Below are positions 27,251 to 35,532 of a stretch of DNA of 64,000 bases, one piece after another. Where the stretch lies: positions 78,207 to 142,206 of the forward strand of contig DAOULB010000054.1 of assembly GCA_034420695.1 (NCBI GenBank). The letters run 5' to 3'. Both the position numbers and the translations under genes were made by a program. Position 1 is the first letter of the stretch, and each line of letters starts with the position of its first letter. The notes below the pieces were generated by a model, which searched no databases, had not been told where the DNA came from, and saw only the letters and a program-made list of their open reading frames with translations. Source of the DNA: Dehalococcoidia bacterium. GTDB lineage: Bacteria; Chloroflexota; Dehalococcoidia; Lucifugimonadales; UBA3495.

Positions 27251-28129
27251 CTAACCTACCTTGCGGTACTTTAGCAGGCGCTGTCCTTCAAGGTTCTGGT
27301 TGATGTACAGGTCGCCCCGGGAGTCCAACCAGATGGCGTGGGCTCCGGCGTCGGCAGGTCCTAGCCACCGGGCCAGGACTTCCCCCTCAATGGACACTAC
27401 GCTCATGAAGGCGTCCAGTTCCGGGATGAACAGCACCTCGTCCTGGTCAATGTAGATGTCGCAGGGGCGTGAGAAGCCCCTCCACTCGGTCAGGAAGTTG
27501 CCGTCGGGGTCGAAAATCTGGATCCGGTTGTTTTCCCGGTCGGCCACGAAGACCCGCCTGTCGGTATGCACCCACACGCCGTGGGGCACGTGGAACTCTC
27601 CCTGTTCGGTCTTTCCAGGTTCACCCCATGAAAAGAGCAACTCCCCCCCGGCGGTGAACTTGTGCACCCTGGCATTGCCGTAGCCGTCGGAGATGTACAT
27701 GTCGCCCTCAGGAGTAAGGGCGACATCGGTGGGACGGTTAAAGGGGCCGGCGGCCCGCTGCACTGTGTCCGAAATATTGCCGGACCAACCGGTGTCAGAG
27801 GGCTGGTCCCTGGTGCCCAGGGTCATCAGCAGGTTGCCTTGAGAATCGTATTTGAGCACCACGTGATTGTTCTTGACCGGCAGATATATGTTGTCGTCAG
27901 AGTCGATGTACATGCCGTGGGCGTCGGTCAGGACGCCTTCTCCCCAGGAAGTGAGAAAGTGCCCCTCGCGATCCAGGACAATCAGCGGATGGTCGCTGCG
28001 GTTGAAGAGGTACACTCGGTCAAGGGAGTCGGTGACTATGGCGGTCTGGCCCAACTCCCATCCTTCGGGTAGGGAGCCCCAACCCTCCACGATTTCGTAG
28101 GTGTATTTTCCGGAACCAACTGTAGCCAT
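27251..28129 (-). CDS. NHL-repeat six-bladed beta-propeller protein (peptidyl-alpha-hydroxyglycine lyase-like)
   Basis: Repeated blades (HGMYIDSDDNIYL, PTDVALTPEGDMYISDGY, HGVWVHTDRRVFVADRENNRIQIFD). The ATG at 28129 has an AGGAGGG SD. The track start 28174 is less likely. Confidence 0.8.
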   Translation of the reverse strand: MATVGSGKYTYEIVEGWGSLPEGWELGQTAIVTDSLDRVYLFNRSDHPLIVLDREGHFLTSWGEGVLTDAHGMYIDSDDNIYLPVKNNHVVLKYDSQGNLLMTLGTRDQPSDTGWSGNISDTVQRAAGPFNRPTDVALTPEGDMYISDGYGNARVHKFTAGGELLFSWGEPGKTEQGEFHVPHGVWVHTDRRVFVADRENNRIQIFDPDGNFLTEWRGFSRPCDIYIDQDEVLFIPELDAFMSVVSIEGEVLARWLGPADAGAHAIWLDSRGDLYINQNLEGQRLLKYRKVG

Positions 28130-28185
28130 GGCTTCCCTCCTGGAACCGGATTGGTTGGACGCGCCTGCCTGCAACTGGCGCCGGA

Positions 28186-28761
28186 CTAGCTGCTTCTGGT
28201 AAGGGCCTCAACTACTTCGTCGACGATCGACTTCGCCCTCTCTTGGACTGCCTCGGGAGTCAGACCGCCCAACGGATGGGGGATGCCGATGGGTTGAAAC
28301 CCCTCGCGCTTGAAGGTCCGGGCGTGGATGTGAGCCGAGTTGAGAAAGGGGTTGGTGCAGATGACCACCGTGGGAATGCCCCGGTTTTCCAAAGTCATGG
28401 CGTCGTGCACACTGCACGACGTGCAGGACCCTCAATCTGCGATGGCTGTTACTACGAAGTCGCACCGGTCTGCCAAGGACTCGATGATATCCGGGGCTGC
28501 AGGCCGGGAATAGATGTACTTGTCAACGGCAATGCCTTCACCCAGTTCCAACCTCTGGCACATGAGGTCCTTCACCGCCTCCAGCAACAGCCCGGAGTTG
28601 GCCTTCTTGTTGCCGAGGAAGCCTCCTGTCTTGCCCTCCAGCCTGTTCAACCGGGGAGCGGCGTTCCAGCGGCTGGACGCCTCCGGGTCCACCGGGCTCC
28701 GAATATCCAGAACCTTCAGCCGCTCTTCCAGGGTGCGGGCTGGACTTGTGGCGATTACCAT
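28186..28761 (-). CDS. candidate selenoprotein with U-G-S-C motif (191 aa, Sec at codon 110; UGA at 28434..28432)
   Basis: Track ORFs 28432..28761 and 28186..28410 share one frame and are separated by a single TGA. Read-through gives ..VVTAIAD-U-GSCTSCSVHDAM... There is no independent SD for the second half. A SECIS-like hairpin lies downstream. Confidence 0.65.
28401..28421 (-). promoter_or_regulatory. SECIS-like stem-loop downstream of the in-frame UGA
   Basis: The mRNA reads CGUCGUGCA-GUG-UGCACGACG, a perfect 9-bp stem beginning 11 nt after the UGA. The apical G/U lie about 20-24 nt from the UGA. Confidence 0.5.
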
Positions 28762-28785
28762 TGCGCTTCTCCCATTGTAACTCCC

Positions 28786-29823
28786 TCAGGGAAATTCAAT
28801 CTTGCGGATAGCCCGGCGTGACCCCCAGCCGGGCACGTACACCGAGTGGGGCCCGCCGGCGCCTCCGGCTACGAACACGTGGATATCGTCGGGGCGTCGG
28901 ACCACCGGGACCATTTCCTCATCCCGGTTCGGGTCCACGAACTTGGGCCACAGCATCTCCCGCCGGTCGTCCCCTTGGGCGGGGCCGCCGCGCCGCAACA
29001 GGGACACTGGCTTGCGGGCGTGCTCGAACAGGAACTGCTTGACGTCCGCCTTCCGCCATCCGTCGGCGGCCAGCATTCGAGCGTGCTCCGGGCCCAGGAA
29101 CACCAGGGTGTCGCCCATCACGTACATCTGGACGTTGCCCAATGGGCACATCGTGTCGGCCAGCACCGTCAGGAAGTTCCTGGGGTTCACAGCGTGGTAC
29201 ATGATGTTGTGGGGGGCCTCTCCCGGAAACACCGTGACCGTGCTGTCTTCCGTGGAAAACCCTGACTCGACGTGGTAGGGGGCCCAGGGGTTGGCGTCCT
29301 CGTTCTCCGCTACGCAGTAAGTGTAGGCCCCAGGGTGGCCGAAGGTCGCCTTGTTGGTCTCTCCCGGTGTCGCTCCACCCAAGTTCACCAGCGCCAGCTT
29401 GACCGCCCTTCCGATTGTGGCATTGGCCCGCCAGCCCTGACCGAAGCAGTTGTAGCCGGAGTTGATACTAAGCTCCCTTACGATGGGTCCATTGACGATT
29501 ACCAGGGGCGAGTGGATGCCGGTGGAGCACTGGACGCCCCGAAGATTGAACCGGTCGTCCATCAAGGCCTGGATGGCAGTGACGACCACCGGCATGTATT
29601 CCGGAAGGCAACCGGCCATGACCGCGTTGACGGCAATGCGTTCGACGGTGGCGCGGCCCCCCAAAGGCGGTATTTCGGCTATTAGCTCGTCTACCGCTCG
29701 GCCGCTGGCAGCCGCCATTGCTTCCACCAAGTCGCCCGTGGGCGGCACCACCGGCAACCCGTCGGTCCAACCGGTCTGGTACATCAACTCAACGGTTTCG
29801 GAAATCACCGGGGAAAGGGTCAT
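28786..29823 (-). CDS. conserved-looking protein of unknown function (345 aa)
   Basis: The ATG at 29823 (MTLSPVISETVELMYQTGWTDGLPVVPPT) has an AGGAGAAGA SD. The track start 29925 is unlikely. No family recognised. Tightly linked to the selenoprotein gene (24-nt gap). Confidence 0.7.
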   Translation of the reverse strand: MTLSPVISETVELMYQTGWTDGLPVVPPTGDLVEAMAAASGRAVDELIAEIPPLGGRATVERIAVNAVMAGCLPEYMPVVVTAIQALMDDRFNLRGVQCSTGIHSPLVIVNGPIVRELSINSGYNCFGQGWRANATIGRAVKLALVNLGGATPGETNKATFGHPGAYTYCVAENEDANPWAPYHVESGFSTEDSTVTVFPGEAPHNIMYHAVNPRNFLTVLADTMCPLGNVQMYVMGDTLVFLGPEHARMLAADGWRKADVKQFLFEHARKPVSLLRRGGPAQGDDRREMLWPKFVDPNRDEEMVPVVRRPDDIHVFVAGGAGGPHSVYVPGWGSRRAIRKIEFP

Positions 29824-29858
29824 TCTTCTCCTATGGAAACCATTACTCGGTGGCTGGC

Positions 29859-31097
29859 CTAGTCCGCGGGAACGGCGGTCTCCACCCTGCCCTTGAAGGC
29901 CGGCATCACGTCCTTGGCAAACCACTCTAGTTGTTCCAGGATGACTTTCTGGGGAGTACCCATCGGGTGACCTACCTCGATCCTCTCCAATCCTGGGTAG
30001 TTTTCCTCCACTCCTTTCAGTTGTTCGATCACCCGCTCCGGCGGCCCCACGAGGAAGGCGCCCTGCTTGACGGCGGCCTCCATGGTGGGAAGGTCGGCGA
30101 AAGGGGCCCGGGCCGGGTCGGCGATGTCCAGCATCTGCTGTTCCGACAGACCCCGGTGCAGGCGCAGGGGGCCGAACATTTTCACGTTCTCCTCGTAATA
30201 GGCCGATGCTGCCTTGACGGCCTCTTCCGGACTGTCCGCCAAATAGAAGTGGAAGCCGACGCTAAGGTCGCCACCCAGTTCCGTCTCCCTTCCGTGGCGG
30301 GCTAAGGCAGCCCGGTAGTTGACCATGACGTCGTCCATCACGCCGCCTTCGGCAACCCCGCCACCGATAATCCCCTTGATGCCATGCCTCGCCATGAAGT
30401 CCAAGGCCCGCTGGGTGCCGCCTTGAATGGGTTGCCAGCACTCCACCGGCAGGTGTTTGGGCCGCGGGACCAGTGTAAGGTCCTTCAACTGGTAACCCCG
30501 GTAAGGAATGTCGGGGGGAAGGTCGTAATATTTGCCGTGGTGGGAGAAAGACGGCTCGTTAAACGCCTTGAAAATAACCTCCACCTGCTCTTCGAACATC
30601 TCCCTGTTGGCGTCCTGGTCCAGCAGGGGAGCCCCGAAGGTCTCAACCTCCCTGGTGTGATAGCCCCGGCCCACGCCGAACACCACCCGCCCGTCGGTGA
30701 GAACGTCGGCGGTGGCAAAGTCTTCCGCCAGCCTGAGGGGGTGCCACATGGGAGCGATGTTGAAAGCGCATCCCAGCCTGATGTTCTTGGTCAGGTGGGC
30801 AAGGTGGACGTTGAACAGGAGGAGATTGGGGATGCACTCGTAGCCTTCCGGCTGGAAGTGGTGCTCGGCTTGCCAGAGGGTGTCGAAGCCCAGCTTGTCC
30901 GCCAGAATGCCGATGGCCTCCGCCTTGCTGAAGGCAGTCGAAAGATGGTCATTGTCGTAGATTCGGTCGTTGACCGGTGTGCCGGCGTAACCCACGTTGT
31001 CCATGTCAACGTGGCCTGCAAAAAGGGTATCGAATTTGGTAATCAAAACGACCCTCCCTTTATCAAAAACAGTTGGGACCGCCTGCGTGGCCTCCAT
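29859..31097 (-). CDS. LLM-class (luciferase-like) flavin-dependent monooxygenase, ~400 aa type
   Basis: LGFDTLWQAEHHF, RLGCAFNI and VFGVGRGY motifs. The true start may be the TTG at 31046 (GGGAGG SD), because a consensus promoter overlaps the ATG at 31097. Confidence 0.85.
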   Translation of the reverse strand: MEATQAVPTVFDKGRVVLITKFDTLFAGHVDMDNVGYAGTPVNDRIYDNDHLSTAFSKAEAIGILADKLGFDTLWQAEHHFQPEGYECIPNLLLFNVHLAHLTKNIRLGCAFNIAPMWHPLRLAEDFATADVLTDGRVVFGVGRGYHTREVETFGAPLLDQDANREMFEEQVEVIFKAFNEPSFSHHGKYYDLPPDIPYRGYQLKDLTLVPRPKHLPVECWQPIQGGTQRALDFMARHGIKGIIGGGVAEGGVMDDVMVNYRAALARHGRETELGGDLSVGFHFYLADSPEEAVKAASAYYEENVKMFGPLRLHRGLSEQQMLDIADPARAPFADLPTMEAAVKQGAFLVGPPERVIEQLKGVEENYPGLERIEVGHPMGTPQKVILEQLEWFAKDVMPAFKGRVETAVPAD

Positions 31098-31123
31098 TGT
31101 AGGGGGCGGTATATTGGTGTCAA
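31096..31123 (-). promoter_or_regulatory. sigma-70-like promoter TTGACA-N16-TACAAT for the LLM/selenoprotein operon
   Basis: Minus strand reads TTGACA ccaatataccgccccc TACAAT. The -10 hexamer overlaps the track ATG at 31097. Confidence 0.4.
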
Positions 31124-31267
31124 CCCTGGCGGAGCGCGTAAGTAAGGTGACGCGAGTCCAGACTGGAAAGGGGCAAATTTCACTCTTCTCGTCCCGTGTT
31201 ATACTCGCTGGGGCAGGCTCGGCCGGTTACAGGCCGGCGGCTAACCAGTGAGTTGAGAGGAACACTT

Positions 31268-32023
31268 ATGGCGGACCAGCTTCAGGGTAAAGTGGCCGTG
31301 GTAACCGGGTCGGGCCGGAACATCGGCCGGGCAACAGTTCTGAAACTGGCCGGCGAAGGGGCCAACGTGGTTGTGAACGCGCGAGGCAACCAGGAGCAGG
31401 TTGAATCGGTGGCCCGGGAAGCCCGGGAACTGGGCGTGGAGGCTCTGGCTGTCCTGGCCGATGTTTCCGACCGCGAGCAGGTCAACAGCATGATGGGCCA
31501 GGCCATGGATCACTTCGGCAAGGTGGACATCCTGATAAGCAATGCCGCCATCCGTCCCCACAAACCCTTCATGGAATTGACCTTGGAGGACTGGGAACGG
31601 GTTCGGGGAGTGGTGCTGGACGGGGCCTTCGACTGCGCCCACGCCGTGATTCCCTCAATGGTGGAAAACCAGTTCGGCCGGATAGTCTTTTTGTCCGGGG
31701 GCGGGGCTTGGGCCGGCACCGCCGAGCGTTCCCACGTTTCAGCGGCCAAGATGGGGCTGGTTGGATTCTCCAGGGGCTTGGCTTCGGAGTTTGCCCCTCA
31801 CAACATCAGGGTCAACGTCGTCGCTCCCGGCAGCATCAACACCAGCCGGGAGAACCCCCAGTGGTATCCCCAGAGCCGCACTCCCGGTACCTCGGGAATT
31901 CCCATGGGCCGCCAGGGAGACGTGAACGAAATCGCCTCGGCCATCCTGTTCATGGTCACCGATGACGGAGGTTTCGTTACCGGTCAGACCCTCCACGTGA
32001 ACGGGGGCGCCGCTTACTTCTGA
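31268..32023 (+). CDS. SDR-family oxidoreductase
   Basis: KVAVVTGSGRNIGRA (TGxxxxIG) and NAA motifs, plus a catalytic S...Y-type region (SAAKMGL). I prefer the ATG at 31268 over the track start 31196. Confidence 0.9.
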   Translation: MADQLQGKVAVVTGSGRNIGRATVLKLAGEGANVVVNARGNQEQVESVAREARELGVEALAVLADVSDREQVNSMMGQAMDHFGKVDILISNAAIRPHKPFMELTLEDWERVRGVVLDGAFDCAHAVIPSMVENQFGRIVFLSGGGAWAGTAERSHVSAAKMGLVGFSRGLASEFAPHNIRVNVVAPGSINTSRENPQWYPQSRTPGTSGIPMGRQGDVNEIASAILFMVTDDGGFVTGQTLHVNGGAAYF

Positions 32024-32038
32024 CGCTTGGTTGTTAAC

Positions 32039-32716
32039 CTAGCTCCGCAGCCGCACCTCCCGGATGTCCTCGGGGACAATCAATTTCGCTTCGGTCAGTT
32101 CCTGGATTTCCTCGGGTGTCCAGCCGGGGGCGTGCTCCCGAAGGACAAATCCCTCTCCCGTAACCTCGAAGAACCCTAGGTCGGTGGAGACCATCTTCAC
32201 AACCCCCGGCGCAGTAATCGGCAGCTTGCACTTCTTGAGTAGCCGGGGTGAGCCGTCCCTGGGATTGCAGTGTTCCATGGCGATGAACACCCGCTTGGCG
32301 CAGGCCGCCAAGTCCATGGCCCCGCCGATGCCGCCGCCCTTCCGGTTGGGCAGCCGCCAATTGGCAAAGTCCCCGTTTTCGGCAACTTCGTAGGCTCCCA
32401 GTACCGTCACGTCCACCATCCCGCCCCGGATGATGCCGAAGGAATCGGCGTGGTGGACGATGGCCATCCCCGGCAGGCTGGTCACGTACTGGCCTCCGGC
32501 GTTCACCAAGTGCCTGTCTTCTTCTCCTTCCGGGGCCAAGGGACCGTAGCCAATGACGCCGTTCTCCGACTGGTTGATTATCTCCCGGCTGGGGTCAACG
32601 TAATTGGAGCACAGGGTCGGGATGCCAATCCCCAGGTTTACAACCCATCCGTCTTGGAACTCCATGGCCAGCCGGTCGCACATAGCCTGCCGGTCCAACC
32701 TTGCTTTCTCCGCCAT
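32039..32716 (-). CDS. scoB: 3-oxoacid CoA-transferase subunit B
   Basis: DGWVVNLGIGIPT and SENG (catalytic Glu) motifs, plus GGAMDL. Confidence 0.9.
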   Translation of the reverse strand: MAEKARLDRQAMCDRLAMEFQDGWVVNLGIGIPTLCSNYVDPSREIINQSENGVIGYGPLAPEGEEDRHLVNAGGQYVTSLPGMAIVHHADSFGIIRGGMVDVTVLGAYEVAENGDFANWRLPNRKGGGIGGAMDLAACAKRVFIAMEHCNPRDGSPRLLKKCKLPITAPGVVKMVSTDLGFFEVTGEGFVLREHAPGWTPEEIQELTEAKLIVPEDIREVRLRS

Positions 32717-32832
32717 TGGGCACCCTCCGGAACGTTGCTATCAAGTTCGAATTGGAACAGTCTGAATTGGAAATAGTGAGCGAAAGGGGTTGTCCTGACG
32801 GGCGCTGCCTGCCGTCCTTCCATGCTGTGGGC

Positions 32833-33531
32833 CTAGTCCTGGATTCCATCCTCCGGAATCCGCACCACCCGGTTTACGTAGATGCCTGGAACGTGGATGT
32901 GGTCCGGGTCAATGCCACCTATGGGCACGATGTCATTTTCTACTTCCACTATGGTCGTGGTGGCGGCCATGGCCATCACGGGGTTGAAGTTGCGTTGGGT
33001 CAACCGGAACTGGAGATTGCCAAAGGTGTCGGCCTTCCAAGCCCGGATGAAAGCGTAGTCGGTGCGAAGGGGGTGCTCCAGAACGTAGGTGCGGCCGTCT
33101 ATCACACGGTGCTCCTTACCTTCCGCCAGTTCGGTGCCCACGCTGGTGGGGGTGAAGAACCCCCCAATTCCGAAAGCGGCGGCCCGCAACCGTTCAACCA
33201 ATGTCCCTTGGGGCACGGTCTCAGCCTCAATCTCGTCGTCGTTGTACATACGCACGAAGTCTGTAATGCGGGACGGGTGCGTGGCGGCGGTAAAGGCGCA
33301 GATCATCTTCCTGAACCGTCCCGCTCCTACCAGCAACCCCACGTCCACCCGGTCGTCCAATGCCCCGGCGTTGTTGGATATTCCCACCATATCCTTGGCT
33401 CCCTGGCGGTGCAGGGCTGCTATGAGGTTGCGGGGAAAGCCGACGTTGCCGAAGCCGGCGAAGGCTACGGTGCAACCGTCGGGAATGTCGGCCACCGCCT
33501 CGTCGAAGGTGGCGAAGACCTTGTTCTGCAT
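32833..33531 (-). CDS. scoA: 3-oxoacid CoA-transferase subunit A
   Basis: KVFATFDEAVADIPDGCTVAFAGFG and PQGTLVERLRAA motifs. Confidence 0.9.
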   Translation of the reverse strand: MQNKVFATFDEAVADIPDGCTVAFAGFGNVGFPRNLIAALHRQGAKDMVGISNNAGALDDRVDVGLLVGAGRFRKMICAFTAATHPSRITDFVRMYNDDEIEAETVPQGTLVERLRAAAFGIGGFFTPTSVGTELAEGKEHRVIDGRTYVLEHPLRTDYAFIRAWKADTFGNLQFRLTQRNFNPVMAMAATTTIVEVENDIVPIGGIDPDHIHVPGIYVNRVVRIPEDGIQD

Positions 33532-33725
33532 CTTCCGATTCTCCCAAGGGTGCCAAGTCTGTATGTTGCCTCCATACTACCCCACCGCGGCATGGGTTGC
33601 CAGTTACGCCAGGCCTGCAACCCTTGACAAGGCTTTGGAATGGTCGAACAATCCTTTACACACAAGGAATGCAGGCCAGTGTTACAGGCCAGAATGCCCG
33701 GTTATCCTTCCGGCAGGAGCGACCA

Positions 33726-34802
33726 ATGGGTGATAATGGACACAAGACCTACGTGTATGTGGGACTGGGTGGCGAGAGCCCTTTGTTGGTGGGCTCTGAA
33801 GGCCCACCGCTGGACCAGGGCGGGCTTTACCGCCGTGGGGACGGCGATGAGACTTGGGACGAAAAGACCTGTGGCCTTCCGTCTCATCCCCAAGTGAGGG
33901 CCTTGTTGGTCGACCCCCGGGACCCTGCATCAATCTTCGCCGGCACCCAGGACGGAGTCTATCGCAGCAACGACCGCGGAGAAAACTGGGAAAGGCAGGA
34001 CTCACCCCGGGGAGACGTGTGGTCCCTTGCGGCCCACCCCCATGACCCTGAAGTGATGTTTGCCGGGTATGACCGGGGCACAGTTTGTCGCTCCCGGGAC
34101 GGCGGGTCTTCCTGGCAGAAGATGAACACCGCCGACGTCATATACCCCCACATCACCATGCATCCCAACGAAATCGTCAAACGTGTCATTGGAATAGCCG
34201 TTGACCCGGGAAACCCCGATGACGTTTACGGGGCCGTTGAGGTGGGTGGGCTGGTTGCCAGCAGGGACGGGGGCGAAAACTGGGTGTCGGCCACCGACGG
34301 GCACTATACCAGCACCGGCCCGGTGGACCTGCACGGGGTGCAGGTCAGTCCATCGGCCCCGGGCTTGGTTTACATCATCACCCAGCTTGCTATGTTTCGC
34401 AGCCGGCAGCGGGGCCGCCACTGGGAGTTGGTGGCCCTGAAGCAGATGTTCCCCGGAGGAAGTTACTGCCGCGGCCTGATTGTGGCTCCCGACGACCCGG
34501 CCACTATGTACTTGGCCGCCGGAGCCGGGGGCGGTGCAGCCCCTGCGGGAACCGAGCAGGCCGGGGCGTTGTTCCGCACCGTGGATAGCGGCGAGACTTG
34601 GGAAGAAATGGACATAGGAGCGGTCCCGGACAGCCGGATGTTCCAAATCGCCATCGACCCCGCCCTGCCCTCGCACCTGTACTGCTGCACCAGGGACGGC
34701 CTCGTCTGCAGCAGCTACGACCGGGGCGATACCTGGAGCCGCAGCCAGATCCCGGTGGAAATGTCCCGCACCAATCACGTCTATCCCATGGTTTGCGGAT
34801 AG
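33726..34802 (+). CDS. BNR/Asp-box repeat beta-propeller protein
   Basis: At least five S/T-x-D-x-G-x-x-W boxes (SNDRGENW, SRDGGSSW, SRDGGENW, VDSGETW, YDRGDTW). The ATG at 33726 has an AGGAG SD. Confidence 0.75.
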   Translation: MGDNGHKTYVYVGLGGESPLLVGSEGPPLDQGGLYRRGDGDETWDEKTCGLPSHPQVRALLVDPRDPASIFAGTQDGVYRSNDRGENWERQDSPRGDVWSLAAHPHDPEVMFAGYDRGTVCRSRDGGSSWQKMNTADVIYPHITMHPNEIVKRVIGIAVDPGNPDDVYGAVEVGGLVASRDGGENWVSATDGHYTSTGPVDLHGVQVSPSAPGLVYIITQLAMFRSRQRGRHWELVALKQMFPGGSYCRGLIVAPDDPATMYLAAGAGGGAAPAGTEQAGALFRTVDSGETWEEMDIGAVPDSRMFQIAIDPALPSHLYCCTRDGLVCSSYDRGDTWSRSQIPVEMSRTNHVYPMVCG

Positions 34803-34848
34803 TAATCGACCGGGATGGGGCGCTCCGCCCTTCCCAAAATCGGAGGAA

Positions 34849-35475
34849 TTGGACACTGCTATGGCAATGGAACGGGCTACCTTTGGCGTTGACGAGAACT
34901 CCTTGGAGTTCATGGTGTTGGAGAAAAGTGAATTGCCCCCGGAATTTGCCGGACACCAGCTTGTTCGGGAGGGGCCCTTGGACAATGCCACCATGGCCCG
35001 CCAAGGATTTCCCGGGAACACGGCAAAGAAATTCATTGACGCCGGCCGGGTCGGCGGATACCTGCGGGAGTTCGGACCCACCAGCAACATGGGCGCCGAG
35101 GACGGGTTCGACATGCTGGGGGCCACCGTCGCCCATCTCTTCGACTCACCGGAGTCGGTGCCCCGCTGGATGAACGATATTTTCATCAAGGACTTCGAAG
35201 ACAACGTTGGAGAGAAGGTGGGTGACGACCATCAACTGGTGTCGGTCACCCACTTGGAACCCCAGGGCTTTTACGACGAAGCGGTAGCCCTCAAGGTAGT
35301 GCAGGGAGGCGCCCAAGGGCTGGTGTCCTCCACCGTCATCGACTTCCGGGTCGGCCGCCTGCTGGGCGTAGCCTTCGTAGCCACCATCGGTGACCACACC
35401 CGCCTGGAGCTGACCACCCAACTGGGCTTGGCCCTGGAAAGGCGCATGGTGCGGGTGATTCTGGGGTCTGGGTAG
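34849..35475 (+). CDS. hypothetical protein (208 aa)
   Basis: Long ORF with host-like G+C composition. No family recognised and no signal peptide seen. Confidence 0.5.
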   Translation: MDTAMAMERATFGVDENSLEFMVLEKSELPPEFAGHQLVREGPLDNATMARQGFPGNTAKKFIDAGRVGGYLREFGPTSNMGAEDGFDMLGATVAHLFDSPESVPRWMNDIFIKDFEDNVGEKVGDDHQLVSVTHLEPQGFYDEAVALKVVQGGAQGLVSSTVIDFRVGRLLGVAFVATIGDHTRLELTTQLGLALERRMVRVILGSG

Positions 35476-35532
35476 GGAGCCGCCGGTGTAGCCGGTCGAA
35501 CCATCAAGGTCGGTCGCTGCAATGTCCACATT

